From Felis catus (lineage: Eukaryota): a stretch of 64,000 bases of DNA. The notes below the pieces were generated by a model. It did no database searches. It saw only the letters and a program-made list of their open reading frames with translations, and was not told where the DNA came from. The number at the start of each line of letters is the position of its first letter. Position 1 is the stretch's first letter. Location: positions 684,001-748,000 of the forward strand of contig NC_058369.1 in NCBI RefSeq assembly GCF_018350175.1, given 5' to 3'. Position numbers and translations under genes: made by a program. Positions 36,857 to 50,022 of the stretch are shown in pieces.

Positions 36857-37034
36857 TCTGACTTGGGCTCAGGTCATGGTCTCCTGGTTCGTGAGTTCGA
36901 GCCCCACGTCGGGCTCTGCGCTGACAGCCCGGAGTCTGGAGTCTGCCTCAGATTCTGTGTCTCCCTCGCTGCCCTCCCTGCTTATGCTCTCTCTCTCAAA
37001 AATAAATAAACATTAAAAAAAATTTTTTTTTAAA
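36857..37034 (+). mobile_element. 5'-truncated feline CanSINE
   Basis: GCTCAGGTCATG...GAGTTCGAGCCCCACGTCGGGCTCTG...AAAATAAATAAACATTAAAA; AAGCTCAA on both flanks. Confidence 0.88.
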
Positions 37035-37504
37035 GAAGCTCAAAATCAGTTTCCAGGGTTTGTAACATGGACGAGTCTTTTTTGGGGCAGGGAGGGTCCC
37101 CAGGCAGAGCGGGAAGAGGCCAGGCATGCAGGCCCGGATCCCTAGGGAGCCAGGTATGTTTCCAAATGTTCTGTGGCCTCTTTGCAGCTTGCGGGCAGAC
37201 TCGGGTCGTTCTCCGAAAGTTACAGAGGCCCGGTGTCGCCGCTGTCGTGCGACCTTGGTGTCGGGACAGCACGGAGCATCATGTCATCCAGGGTTTGCCG
37301 TGCTGTTGTCTCCACAGCTCCTGGGATTCTGCACGTGGCCTATAGGACGAGAGAAGAGAACGGGATAGGTGTGTGTTTAACTGGTGTTCTTGAGTCTGAG
37401 TTGGCCACCTGCATGGACGGTGACACCAGGAGGCCTCAGCCCCGGGGAGCAGCCAGCCCAACCCTGGGACCCTGGGTTGAGCACCAACTGCTCCCTTTTT
37501 CCAT

Positions 37505-38090
37505 TTTTTCTATTTGACATCATAACCGTTACTCACAGCTCAGCAGCATGAAGCACGCTCACGCTGTCGTGCCGCCGCCCCCAGCACCCGTCTCCAGAAC
37601 TTTCCATCTCCCCAGACTGAGACCCTGTCCCCATGAAGCACGGACTCCCCGCCCCCTGCCCCACCCCTGGCTCCCACCGTCTATTCTCTGGCTCTGTGGA
37701 CGGGACTCCTCTGGGGACCCCCTGTGCGTGGGGTCACGCGGGACGCGTCCGTCTGTGTCTGGCTTCTGTCACCGCGCACAGTGGCCTCCGGGTCCGTCCA
37801 CGTGGTGGCAGGCGGCAGGACATCCTTCCTCCCTGGGGCTGGGTCACATTCCAGCATGTGGGTGGACACACCGTGTTTGTCCTTCATCCACGGAGGGACC
37901 CTGGGGTGTTTCCACCTTTCGGCCGTTGTGAATCATGCTGCCGTGAATGCGGGGGTGCAGGTGTCTGTCTCAGCCCCTGCTTTCCATTCCCCGGGTGCAC
38001 GCCCGGGATCTGAGTCGCCGGTCGCGCGGTGATTCCGTGGGTAACTTTTGAGCAGCTGCCGGCTGCTTTGCACAGTCCTCCCCACTGCAT
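37505..38090 (-). mobile_element. L1MB/L1MA-like 3' end, copy B1
   Basis: TCTCCAGAACTTTCCATCTCCCCAGACTGAGACCCTGTCCCCATGAAGCAC...TTGTGAATCATGCTGC resembles a GC-shifted antisense L1M 3' UTR. Confidence 0.8.
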
Positions 38091-38424
38091 GTTGTCCCCA
38101 GCTGCACACAAGGTCAAGTTTCTCCACTGGGCACTGGCTCCCGAGCCAGCCTTAGCTGCCGTGGTGTTATTACAGAAGAGATCCTACGTTTGCTTGCTGA
38201 GCCTGTATCTACTACTTTTGCTGTAAATGCGGGTGTGGGCACCGGCCCCCAGCGGGTACGACCCTCTGCGGGACAGTCCGTTTGGAGAGATGCCCGCGTG
38301 GGAGCTCCCTGTCGGGGCCACCTCCGAAGCAACGTTTGGGAGGGTGCCTCCTGTACAATGTGGCTGACCTGCGTCCCCGAGCCTGTGGCCCTGCTGGTGC
38401 TCTGCACCAGGTCCGAGTGACCGA

Positions 38425-38870
38425 GTGGGTGAGTTTCCCGCGGCTGCCACGGCAAATGACCGCACAGAGTGGCTTCAAACAACAGAAATTTGTTCCCACC
38501 CAGTTCTGGAGGCCAGAAGTTCAAAATCAGGGTGTCACAGGCTCGCCCTCCCTCTGAAGCCTCCGGGGGACGATCCTCTCCCAGCGTCTGGTGGTTTCCT
38601 GGCCATCCCAGGCGCCCCTTGGCTTGTGGACTCGTCACTCCAATCCTCGTCTCCGCTGACACGTGGCTTCTCTGTGAGTCTGTGTCCAGTTCGCCTCCTC
38701 TTATGAGGACACGATCATCAGATTCAGGCCCACCCTGCTCCAGTGTGACCCCATCTTAACTAATTACTTCTGCAAAGACCCTATTTGCAAATAAGGCCCC
38801 ATTCACAGGTTCCGAGGGTTGGGACACGTGGGGACCTTTGTCTCTGGGGGACACAACTGAACCCACAACA
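38425..38870 (-). mobile_element. MLT1-type solo LTR
   Basis: GGCTTCAAACAACAGAAATTT...CAGTTCTGGAGGCCAGAAG...CTGCAAAGACCCTATTTGCAAATAAGG...AACCCACAACA. Confidence 0.9.
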
Positions 38871-38953
38871 CTGAGGGATGAGAAAACCCACCTTCTAGAG
38901 ATTAGAAGGAATTCACGTAAATGCCAGTGGGAGAAAAAAATCAAGCAAATTCT

Positions 38954-39131
38954 TTTTTATTTAAATGTTTATTTATTTAGAGACAGCGAGTGACAGCATG
39001 AGAGGGGGAGGGGCCGAGAGAGAGAATCCCAAGCAGGCCCAACGTAGGGCTCAAACTCGATACTGAGAGATCACGACCAGAGCCGATATCAAGAGTTGGT
39101 CGCTTAACCGACCGAGCCATCCAGGCGTCCC
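38954..39131 (-). mobile_element. CanSINE
   Basis: Typical tail and body; target-site duplication CAAGCA(A/G)ATTCT. Confidence 0.9.
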
Positions 39132-39143
39132 CAAGCAGATTCT

Positions 39144-41530
39144 CAGATGACAAGACGTTCTGGCCAGAGGAGCCTGGGCAGGCAGGACGACAGAATACAA
39201 CGTGAAATCCTGGACGGGATCCGGGAGCAGACAGAAGACGTTACCGGAGAAATGGGTGAAATCCACTTCCTAAGGCTGGGATTTCTGTATGACACAGGCA
39301 GGCTGAGTCCGAGGACCCCGAGGGAGCCCGGCAGGACCAGCCAGGAGGGTCCCCGGCTGCACGAGGGGTAGAAACCAAGCGCACTGCCATTGTCCTGGAT
39401 CACGTCTGGGATCTGGGTCTTTTCAGGTGCCATCAGGTGTGTGGGGGCGAGAAGGAGAGTAGAGAACGACCACCACGAACTTCCTCGCCTCCCCCATGGA
39501 GTGGGAACAGACCTCTGGCTTACTCGGATGCAAGGGTTGCTACGCAGCGGGAGTCGCTGGGGCTGAGCAGAGAAACGGCAGAGACGCGGCCTTTCTGAAC
39601 CTGAGCCCATGGCTCCAGAACTAGCGGTGTGTCGGGGCCACTTCCTGGAGGGAAGGTCAGGTGTGGACGTGGGGTGGGGGGAGCAAATCATTCAGAAATA
39701 AAAAGCTCACTTAGAAAACACGGGCCAGGGTCATTCTTGAACCATAACGTCCTAGAAGAAATTCCACATAGGGATATTTTTTTAATCCTGGGGTGAGAGA
39801 ATCGTTCAGAAGCACGCTCTAGAAGCCAGAAACCATAGGCAGAAACCGTCCGCGATCTGACCATTGATCGACATGTTTAAAACCAATTATACATACGGGT
39901 GCACGGTGAATATCCTGAATTGAGAACACCTCTTGTAAATCATCAAGGACCAAGCCAAAAAAAAAAAAAAAAAAAGAGCAGAGTGTGAAAATGCAGCTCT
40001 TAGCAGTGGGATGAGCGGGAAGGGGCCTGCGGCACTGGCGACCGAAGAGCTCACCCGAAGGGAGATGGCATTTGTGTTCCGTTTTGTTTTTCCGGGAAGG
40101 GGTGGCCGTGTGGCTGATGAAGCTTTAAGCCGGTCACAGCGTGTATTCATCCTTCACACTTATATAGGTGAGCCCCGCGCCGATATAAAGCATAACTTTT
40201 TACTAACGGTCCGTATAATCTATTGTAAAAAGTTTAAATTATGCCGCGTCAAGGAAGCCGGGCGGAGGAAGACAAACCCTGTGCGATCTCACTCCTGCGT
40301 GGAATCTGAAACAGAAACCGAGCTCAGGGGGCACAGAGAACAGACTGGCGGATGCCAGAGGCGGGGGTGCGGGAAACGGGGCTCGACAGGTGCAGACTTG
40401 CAGTTACAAAGTGAGGAGGTCACCTGTCATGTGCGGGATATGTATTGTGAATTCCAAAGCTGCTAAGAGAGCACAGCCTGGAGAAGACGGCGTGCACCTG
40501 TGTGTGGTGACGGGCGCTGACCAGGCCCGCTGACATCGGTTGGCCACGTACACGAACACCAAGTCATTGTGTTGTGTGCCCGAGACTAGTACGGTGTCAC
40601 GTGTCCATTATATCTCAGTTTGCAAAAAAAAAAACAAAAAACAAAAAAAAACACGCAACAGAAAAGAAAGTTTAAATGCACCGGAGGGCTCGTGGCATGT
40701 GCCTCAATGTGTGCGTGTTCCCCAAGGCCCAGGCCCAGCGACTCCACTTCTAGAAACACGTCATCCGGGAGTCGCCCCCTTCAAGGATGTGCTCTGTGCG
40801 TCCAGCGCCCGTGTCCCCGCTGGCAGCCAGAACAGCCCGCGCTCACCTTCGGGATGGCACTTTCACGTGGAGGGATCCCGAGGGGCCGCTCTAAACGAGA
40901 ACGCACGTCCGTATCCGGGGACGAAGGGAAGAAACGGCCCATCAGACGGCGTGGGAAACAGGCCGTGACCCAGCAACTGCCCGATTCGTCCCTGGCATTC
41001 ACCCCAGAGAAGTGAGACTTTCGTATCCGCTCAGAGCCCGCGCACGAACACGACGGCCCCCGACGGGCACCGACCCAGGGGCCCCTCAGTAAGCCAGCCG
41101 GCACTCGCACGCCGCGGAAAACCGCCTGGCGAGACAAAGGCCACACTGCGGAGGGGCAACAGCCGGGCGGTCCCTCGGGGCTTGTGCTCCACACGGGAGA
41201 AGCGCATCTCCAAAGGTGGGGAGAGAACATTCTCACGATGACAGACTCATGGACACGGACAGCAGATCCGTGGGGCCCAGCGGTGGGGGGTGGCAACGGG
41301 TCAGCCGGGGGGGCTCTCCGCGGTGACGGGAACGCTCCGTATCCTGACGGGGTGCCGGGCACACACGCGGACACGCGGCACAGCGGCTCAGGGCTCCAGC
41401 CACCCCGTGCCGGCCCCGCACTAGGCGTCAGCGTGGACGGGACGCCGGGTGTAGGGGCTTCCCTGTACGCCCTTTGTGAGTGCCCATGAACCTGTGGTCA
41501 TTTCTAAAGAAAGAGTAAAAAACAAACAAA
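39144..41530 (+). mobile_element. Cluster of degenerate old L1 fragments (L1MC/L1ME-like), including an L1MA/carnivore-type 3' end with A tail at about 40270-40651
   Basis: ORF2-like CCTAGAAGAAA...ATAGGGATA near 39750; GACCCAGCAA motifs; TTATATCTCAGTTTGC followed by an A-rich tail at 40610-40651. Confidence 0.6.
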
Positions 41531-41710
41531 AACAAAAACAAACCTTCAGCAGCACGAAAAAAAAAAAAGATCCCATTCGCATAAAAACACAAACTCCCTG
41601 AGGACGCTCACGGGATGCTGACATCGGTCCACTGTGGGGCCGCGTCTCCTGGTGTCTCTTCCTTCCTCCTTTGTCCATTTCGGAGTTTAAAAAAAAAAAA
41701 ATGTTGTTCA

Positions 41711-41828
41711 GGGCGCCAGGCCGGTTCAGTTAGTGGAGCGCATGACTCTTGATCTCGGGGTTGTGAGTTTGAGCCCCACGTTGGGCGTGGAAATTACTTA
41801 AAAAAAAAATGAAGAAAAACATTTTTAA
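41711..41828 (+). mobile_element. Short CanSINE
   Basis: GGGCGCCAGGCCGGTTCAGTTAGTGGAGCGCATGACTCTTGATCTC...TTACTTAAAAAAAA. Confidence 0.85.
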
Positions 41829-44800
41829 GGAGAACGTATTCTTACGATACAAAAAAAAAAAAAACCAGTTCAACATTTTTGGGAGACATCCGCCTGTATT
41901 CTGGGAGACGGTGTGTTAGGTTTTCAGCGCACGGGGGGTTGCACGGTCGCGTCATTGTCTGTGGTCCCCGGACCCAGCGGTCTGTGATTTTACAGTTGTC
42001 ACTGTTTCTCACAGGAGGGTCGCGCAAGGGCAGCGCTAACCCCTGCTCTGACAGGGAATTAGTGTCAGAGCCGGCCCGGGGCCGGGACCTGCTCCCGGAC
42101 CCCTGCCCTGTCGCCTCCCCGTGCCGACCGACCCCCGGCCCCCGCGGTGCCTCGCGGGCCCTGGCAGAACACTGGTGGCCTTCTTGCCGCTACGAGCACG
42201 CCGAGGACGTGAAAGACGGGAAGGCGCCCACGCCGCCCGCGCACTTCTCGGCGCACAGGCGTCCACCGGACCCACGCTGGCCCCGAGCGGGCGCATCTGC
42301 CCGTGTCCACGCCTCCAGCCCGGTGCTCACGGACCACTTTTCTTTCCCCCGACGACGGACGTGTACCCCGTGCGTCACTTGGCCCCGCTGACTGTCGCAG
42401 CCTTCCCCCCACGTACCCTGTCCTGTCCTCTCCGCTGGGCCGTGGTCTGCCTTCGCAGCCCTGCCCCCCTGCGCCCGGCGTCCGGCTCTGGACAGACGTC
42501 ACCTCCTGGAGGAACGGAGCCCCGCGCTTGGCCAGGCCGGAGGTGATCTGTCCGCGGCGGCCGACTTAAAAGTCCCCGAAGGCAGGCTGCTACCCCGAGC
42601 TCCCGTGACTGCCGTCGGGCTGGCGTCCTTCTCCTCCGCAGGTCAGTGGTCAGCGTGAGCTGCCTGAGCTCCGCCTCCCTCTCCCCGGGGCTCCTCTCCC
42701 CGGCCCGGGCTGTGCTCCATCCGTGGGCTCCTCTCCCCGGGCCCGGGCTCTCGTCCGGCTCCAGCCAGGCCGGCCGCCCTGGGTGCGCTTCCCTGGGGGG
42801 TGTTGGAGGCGTGGGGCTCACGTGGTGCCGCCGCCGTCTCTCGGGACCCTGCTTTCTCGAGGGCCCCGGGACCGCCCCACGTGCCGAGCGCTCGGAAGCA
42901 GAGGGACGGGCGGCGGGGGGTAGGTGCCAGGCGGCTGTCCAACCTGTCCCTTGCCCAGGCAGCCCCCCAGGCCGGAGGGCCGCCTGCCCACTCCTCCTAC
43001 GGGCAAGAAACGCCGTGTCTTGTTCTGAGTGTGTTTTCTTTGGCTCCAAGCGGAGTGCTGCCTTCCTTGCCCTTCTGGAAATTTCCCCCTGCAAACTATA
43101 GTAAAGTCTTAAGACCAAAACCCGGAAAACCCCAACAAACCCTCCACTCGGTAACCCACGGGAAGCAGGGAGAACCTTCTCCATCCTGGCGCTGACAGGA
43201 CGGCAGACGGGTGTCCCTGTTGGGGAGGGAGGCCGCGGTGGGGTCAGGGGGTGGAAGTCAGGAGGGCGGGATGGAATGAGTGACAAGGGGCAAGCCGAGG
43301 GCCCCACATCCAGCCCCGGGACACTCACTGTGGGGCCACCCTCTCTGAGCTGCCTTAGGCCCCAGCTCTGACCCGTCCCAGTTCCAGGGCCCAGTGCTCA
43401 GCAGGACCTTTCCCCAAAAAGCTGTGCTGACTGCCCGCGGGGATGCCGGGCCCCAGGAGTCCTGGGGGGGGTGGGGGGGGGCAGGGCAGGGGCACAATGG
43501 GCCCGCTGAACCCTCCCACGGTTCCGGTTCTCCTGAAATTGGATGGACACGGCTGCAGAAAGCCTCAGCCTCTCTCGCGGCCAGCCGGTGGTGCACAAAG
43601 CGGGCTGTCGTCCCACGTTTTCTGCTGTCCCTGCCTGTTGTCTGCTGTCCCCAGGGCCACTGTGGAAATCGGGGGCCGAGAGCCCTTCCAGCCAGGCAGG
43701 CTCTCTTTGTCCCTGTTTTGTGTGTCGTTTTGGGGAGACAATAGGGGACACTTTCCTTTCCACCCTCCGGACAAGGCCTGGTAACAGCTCTCTGCCGACG
43801 GCGGTCACGGTCGCACCCTCTTGCGTCTGGGTACTTGAGGGCTCTCTAGGGAGAAGGGGGGCCAGCTCCCGGCCTTGCAGCCGCTCCTTCCCCCTGCGGG
43901 CTCTGCGGGGACTGGCTGTCCCGCCCAGCAGAATCCTGAACCGTGACCAGTGTCTATTTCCCCTTGGGGTCACGGGGTCTCCCTCGATGGCAAGCGTCTG
44001 CAGACGCCGTAGCCGTTAACCGGCCGCGAGAGCAGCTGGACGCAGGAGATGGCCTCGGGCCGAGGGGCGCGAGGTGGAAACCCTGGCAAATACCTGAGAG
44101 CCGCAGCCTGGGCTGGCCGGACCGGCGTCGGGTGGGATACGGGCCCTGAACCCACAGCCCGGCAGCCCAGCTCAGGGCCATCTCCGTGGAGCTGCCTGAG
44201 GCAACACTGTGGAGAATGCAGCATTCAGCCGACTGGAAGAAAAGAGGGCAGACACGTCTTGGGGGACCGTCCAGGGCAAAGACTCACGGGCGGCAGGAAG
44301 CCAGAGCGAGTATCTTACCTGCAAAAGAAAAAGTCAGTCGGTTCTGGAAACTACCAGGGTCAGCCCATTTCCCAACCCGGGCTCGTGTGGGGCGGCCGCG
44401 CTCTGCTCCTCGCCTCTGCAGCCCACCCTCCCTCTCACGGGTCCGACTCTGACACTGGGGGTCCGCTGCCCCGTGGCCCCCAGAGGGCCGGGCTGCGCTC
44501 CTCTGCCTCAGGGGCGGTCCTGTTTCATCCGACCAGGGACGGGGCGGGGGGAGGGGGCAGGAGGACAGATGCCGGTTGCGTGGGCCCTGCTTGCAAACAG
44601 GACAGGTTTCTGTGCTAAGAGGGGGTGGCAGAGCCTGGAAGGCGCCGTGCGCACACCCGGGGTGGTCCCTGTTGGCCATGAAGTCCTGGGTGGCGGTGTC
44701 GTGGCCCCCTGCCTGGACCTCAGATCGCTCCACCTGGAGGGCATCTTCCAGCCTGGCTAAACAGGGCTTTGTGAGGGCGGCTGGTGTCCCCGATCCTGTG

Positions 44801-44835
44801 GAATGCCCTGGCTCCTCGGACAAATTCCCCCTCTA

Positions 44836-44909
44836 GGTTTATTTTTTTGAGAGAGAGAGAGGGAGAGCGAGCGAGTGTACACGCGTGCTCGGGGAAGGGG
44901 CAGAGAGGA
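44836..44909 (-). mobile_element. Severely 5'-truncated CanSINE (tail only)
   Basis: TTTATTTTTTTGAGAGAGAG...GGGGCAGAGAG flanked by the duplication GACAAA(T/C)TCCCCCTCTA. Confidence 0.8.
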
Positions 44910-44943
44910 GACAAACTCCCCCTCTAACATCGTCCCTGAAGTC

Positions 44944-45190
44944 TTTTTTAAAATCAAGGTGAAATTTCCGTAACATAATCATTTTAAAGCGAACAATTTA
45001 GTGACGTCTCGTACATCTGAAAGGTTGTGCCACCACCACCTCTATCTAGTTCCAAAACATTCCATCACCCCAAAAGGAGAGCCCGGCCGCATTAGCAGTC
45101 ACTCCCCCTCCCCAGCCCTTGGTGCCCAAGAACCCACTTTCTGCTCGTGTGGACTGGCCTGTCACGACATCTCACATCAGCGAAATCACT
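44944..45190 (-). mobile_element. L1MB-like 3' end, copy A6 (lacks the shared GC-rich core haplotype)
   Basis: CACCACCTCTATCTAGTTCCAAAACATTCCATCACCCCAAAAGG...CATTAGCAGTCACTCCCC. Confidence 0.8.
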
Positions 45191-45251
45191 TTGCGTAAGG
45201 AGGTCCCAAATACCGCACGGCACATACTTACGCTAAAAGTTATCTGTTTTT

Positions 45252-45479
45252 TTTTTTTTTTTTTAATTTTTTTTTTTAACGTTTATTTATTTTTGGGACA
45301 GAAAGAGACAGAGCATGAACGGGGGAGGGGCAGAGAGAGAGGGAGACACAGAATCGGAAACAGGCTCCAGGCTCCGAGCCATCAGCCCAGAGCCTGACGC
45401 GGGGCTCGAACTCACGGACCGCGAGATCGTGACCTGGCTGAAGTCGGACGCTTAACCGACTGCGCCACCCAGGCGCCCC
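45252..45479 (-). mobile_element. Very young full-length feline CanSINE (SINEC_Fc type)
   Basis: Intact CpGs, long poly-T, perfect 17-bp target-site duplication AAAAGTTATCTGTTTTT at 45235 and 45480. Confidence 0.96.
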
Positions 45480-46429
45480 AAAAGTTATCTGTTTTTATCT
45501 CAAACGTTCTGCTGGTCGTCCTGGATTCTTACTCTACACCCAGCCGCCCATCTGGACGGGGCTGGTGGCTGCCACTCTCCTAGAGCAGGGCCCCTGCTCA
45601 CCTTTGGGACGCTCCCAGCACGCGTCTGTGCCACAAGCAGCCCCACCCCCACCCCAGGGCCCGGTCTCAGCTGTGGAGACTGGGGGCCGTTCCTGTTGGG
45701 GGGGGGGGTCACTTCTGCTCTCCCGGAGTTTATCTGAAAAGCCGAGGGCGTGAGCCTTGGCCAGCCCCGTTCTCTGTGCACCTGCGAGGGGGTGGGGGGG
45801 ACACGGCTCCTGAAGGCCCTGGCCTGTGGAAGTCTGGCCGCCGGCTGCGGCGGGAGCCACCCAGCTGCCATGGCGGGCACAGGTCTGGACACACGGCTCA
45901 TCCCGTGCTGACGAAGCTTCTGCGCACGGCCGGGAAGAACCAGGCTCCTGGCCCACCCAGGGCTGACCCAGGTACGCAAAAGGCAGCAGAGAAACCTGCT
46001 TCTCGAATCAAACGCTGAGTGAAACACATCATTTGCCTGGAGGTGAAAACGTCAATAGTCTCAAAGCCACAGTGGGTGACGAGGGAGACGGATGTCCGTG
46101 TGCTGCCCGGGGCCTGGGATGTGTCACCGCTGCCCGTGGCACCGAGGGACCCTCCCCCCCCCCACGTCCCAGTACAGGCCTGGAGCCACCACCCCAACGT
46201 CCAGGCTCGCGGCCTCTGGTCGCTGCGAAGGTGGAGGGCAGCGAGAGGCAGGTGGTTTCTGGCTCCAGGGGACTGGCTGTGCAGTATAAGCCCTCAGCTC
46301 TGTGACCCGGCGTGTCCCAAAGCGACCCCCAGGAGCCCCCAGGGCCCCACAGGGCTCACTGCTTCCCAGGCCGAGGAACGCTGTGCTTTGAAGGCGTTTT
46401 CTGATCTTTAATCATCATTGCTCTTATCA

Positions 46430-46790
46430 CTAGGCTTTAATCTTTGGGACAGTCTCGGACTCACAGAAAACCTGTGGGGACGGCACAGAGCCCCTGGTCA
46501 CACCCAGGCCCCTCGAGGGTTCGGCTTCTCTGCCACCGCTGACGGCCGGCCGGGGTGCTGTGTTACTGCTCAGAGGCCCTCAGTCTCCCTGCGGCCCCTC
46601 TCTGCCCCAGGACCTGTTGGGATCCCCCACGACGTCTCCACAGGCCCCTCCGGCTGAGACCTTGTTTTTACGCTGAGGACGGCTTGGAGGAGAGCCGGTC
46701 AGTGATTTCACGGGATGCCCCCTACTGAGGTTTGTCCGGTGCTGCTCTCACGGTCGGGCCGGGTCGTGGGTTTGGGAGGAAGATCAACAT
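46430..46790 (-). mobile_element. L1MC-like 3' UTR fragment
   Basis: ACTCACAGAAAA...GGTCAGTGATTT...GGGTTTGGGAGGAAGATC; a related fragment lies at 50600-51010. Confidence 0.55.
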
Positions 46791-47959
46791 ACCACACAAA
46801 TCAAGCGTCCGTGAAGAATTCTTCGAATTACAAAATTCTTGAATGATGGAGGTTTCTTAGAGAACGAAACTCAGAGAAGAGAATATACCCACTGAATCAC
46901 ACACACACGTACATACGGAACGCGTGCGTACGTAGGTTTGCATACGCGCGTTTTAAAAGTAAAACATCCACTTAAAAAAATTAAGACCGTATCACAGCAC
47001 TGTTTTCTCAGAAACATCTTTATGGAGATATAATTCACATTCTGTACAGGTCGCCCGGTTAGAATGTACAATCCAGTGATTTTTGAAATACCGTACCGTT
47101 AATTGTTTCAACACGGTGGTAGAATACACGTAACACAGAATTGCCATTTGAACCACCGTCCGGTGTGCGCTTCGGGGGCGTTCATTACAGTCCCGGTGTC
47201 CCTCGGCACCCGGCCCGGTCCCGCGGCCGGTCTCTCGGGGCAGCTACCAGCCACGCAGCAGATAGCTGACAATGTGGTTTTTGTTTTTAATTTGCCAGAG
47301 AGGGTAAAGATGTCGGGTCTCCCGAGCTCATCAGCCACCTGTAATTCCTTCCTTACCGATCTTCCGATAATCTTTCTGGAACGGTCCCTTGTTTCTCGGC
47401 CTGACGGGGCTCTCCGGAACACGGTTCATCAGCCTTTTCCGGCAAAATCCTACAGACGTGTTTCCAGACTGGGGAGCAGCACGCACGTGTCCGTCGCTGC
47501 CCCTCTGTGCAACCGGGGCCCCGCTCCCTGTCCCTGGGAAGTAGGTCAGGGTCTCAGTTCCTGGTCTACTCCCAAGGAATGTGAGCTGCTAAGACGGTAA
47601 AAACAACTGGAAACCACTGGACAAAAAAAAGCACGATCGGTTTCACATCGGTGCGAGAGGGGGCGGGCACTACGGGAGCCGCCCGGCGACTCCGGGGCAC
47701 CCACCCAGGCCCGCACTCACGGCTTCTTCCTTGAAAGCCGCCTGCCACTTCCACGGTGGCTCCCTGGTCCCCCGACTCGGCTACCAGCAGAGTGGGCTTT
47801 CTACAGGCAGGTTTTGTCTCTTGGCTGTTTAGAACAGGCTGCCATCGAAGCATGGGGTCCTCTGACGGGGAGTGAGCTCAGGGGGTGATTCCTAAGCCTG
47901 GTGTCTCTCGACTCCTCATCTGTGTGGTTCCCTAGCAGAGAAGCCTTTTCAGTTTTCCA

Positions 47960-48370
47960 CACAAGCCATCATAAACTCGGTGGCTTAAAATCATAGACAT
48001 TGATTCTCTGACGGTCCCGGAGCCATTAGTCCCAACACCCGGGCGTGGGCAGGGCTGGATTCCCTCGGGACCCCAGGGAGCCCCGTCTCCTCCCTTTCCC
48101 GGCTCCCGGAGGCGCCGCGTCCTGGGCCGGTGGCCCCTCCTCATCCTCGTGGCCAGCGGCTCGGGGTCGGGGTCTGCCCATCTCTCTGCCTCCCTCTTCG
48201 TGAGGACCTCGTGAGGACGCCGGGCCCCCCGGGCACCCGGGGTCACCTCACCCCCACTTCGGGGCCTTGACTTGCTCCCACCTGCAAAGTCCTTCTGCCG
48301 TGTGAGGCGGCACGTCCCAGGCCCTGACGCCAGGATGGGGGGCGTCTCTGGGACTGTGTTCTAAGCCCAC
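47960..48370 (-). mobile_element. MLT1-type LTR (GC-shifted)
   Basis: CATAAACTCGGTGGCTTAAAA...ATTGATTCTCTGACGGT...CACCTGCAAAGTCCTTCTGCCGTGTGAGG. Confidence 0.8.
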
Positions 48371-49310
48371 TCAGCGAAATGGGAGCATTCTCTTTTCCTC
48401 TGGGCTCTCAGCACAGATCTCACGTGCCCAAGACAAGCTGTATACACAAGTTTGAATGAGCCGGTGGCCAGGAGGGCCCGGGGAAGGCTTGGAGTGGCCG
48501 GGGGCAGATACAGAGAACCCCTCCGGCCCTAGGCCTCCTCCAGGGGCCCACACAGAGGCCTGGGTTGCCTCAGAGGTGGGGGCCTGGCTCGGTCTCAGAC
48601 ACCACAGATGAGGCATCGTGAGAACGGATCGGCAGCAAAGCCACTCCTGGACCCAGGCCACGCAGGCTCCCAGGCTCTGGAAAACCTGCCGATAGAAAAG
48701 CTACATCCACGTGTGCCCGAGTGGGGGGACCAGGCAGCCGCTGCGGAGGTGCCGAGCGGCCGTTTAAGGAGGAAGCCGTGAGCACAGGGTTAGGGCCGGT
48801 GATTGAGGACCCCTGGGCTCAGCACTCTCCCCTCTCTTGGTCCCGTGTGTGCGTTTCGGGCCCTTCGGGGGCTACCAGGTCACTGGGCTGCCCTCGCCTC
48901 GCTGCCGGCCGGCTGAAGACAGAAGCAGGCTTCTGAGGGGTGAGAATCTGTCACCGCTGCACACAAAGCCAGCGGCAGAGGCACCCGGAAGGAGGGCCAA
49001 GCTCCCGGCAGGCGCCCTCAAACCGCACAGTGGAAGGCGAGGGCCGGTCACCTAGACCCGGGATGCGAGGATGGGCACCGGAACGCCTGTCCGGCCAACG
49101 GGAAGGAGTGGGCAGGGCATCCAGCAAGCGGCGTGGAGATCCTGAGATGCCCACATCCCACGCGTGAGAAATCACGTGGGCACACAGAGCTGCGAGGAAA
49201 GCGGGGCCTCCAGCCATGCGCCCCGGGAGAAGGGAAGAGAACGCCTGGGGACACGGCAGCCTGCGTTGGTATGAACTGTGTGTGTATTTGTGTCCTTAGA
49301 GTCTGGGTCT

Positions 49311-49752
49311 TGTTATGGGTTGTGCTGTGTCCCCCCCCCAGATCCGTATGTCGAAGTCCTGACCCTCAGACCTCAGAAGGGGACCTTATTTGGGAATAGG
49401 GTTGTTGCAGGTATAGCTAGTTGGGGTGAGGTCACGCTGGAGTAGGGTGGGCCCTAAAGCAATGACTGGCGTCCTTCTAAAAAGGGGACGTTGGGACTCA
49501 CTAGCAGGGAGAAGCCCCGCGACGATGGGGCCGAGAGGGGGTGATGCTTCTACAGGCCAAGGGACGCCAAGATTGCAGTGATCCGCCCAGTGATGCTGGG
49601 AGAGCCTGAGGCAGATTCTCTGTCAGCAGGAACAGCCCTGTGACACCTTCATCTTGGACTTGTGGCTCCAGAGCCGGGACAGAATAAATGAGCGCCATTT
49701 GGGCCGCCTGGTCAGTGGTGCTTCATTACAGCTGCCCCAGGTAACCAACACA
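49311..49752 (+). mobile_element. MLT1-type solo LTR
   Basis: Starts TGTTATGGGTTG...TGTCCCCCC; GACCTTATTTGGGAATAGGG; AATAAA near 49683; ends ACACA. Confidence 0.9.
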
Positions 49753-49786
49753 GGTATCTATTTTTATGAATAATAAGTTACTCGTA

Positions 49787-50022
49787 GGGGGCCTGGGTGG
49801 AGGGGCGCCTGGGTGGCTCAGTCGGTTAAGCGTCCGACTTCAGCTCAGGTCATGAGCTCACAGCTTGTGGGTTCGAGCCCCGCATCGGGCTCTGTGCCGA
49901 CAGCTCGGAGCCTGGAGCCCGCTTCGGATCCTGTGTCTCCCTCTCTCTCTGCCCCTAACCCACTCACATCCTGTCTCTCTCTCTCTCTCAAAAATATAGA
50001 AACATTAAACAAATGAAAAACG
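49787..50022 (+). mobile_element. Feline CanSINE with duplicated 5' head
   Basis: GGGGGCCTGGGTGG-A-GGGGCGCCTGGGTGGCTCAGTCGGTTAAGCG; imperfect duplication TAATAA..TACT.GTAG on the flanks. Confidence 0.92.

Noticed and set aside
41879..43328. CpG-rich region with overlapping ORFs as possible exons of the next gene (PWWP3A/MUM1 by recalled human synteny)
   Set aside because: No translation resembles a known protein and no consistent exon structure; the neighbouring gene appears to lie outside the window.
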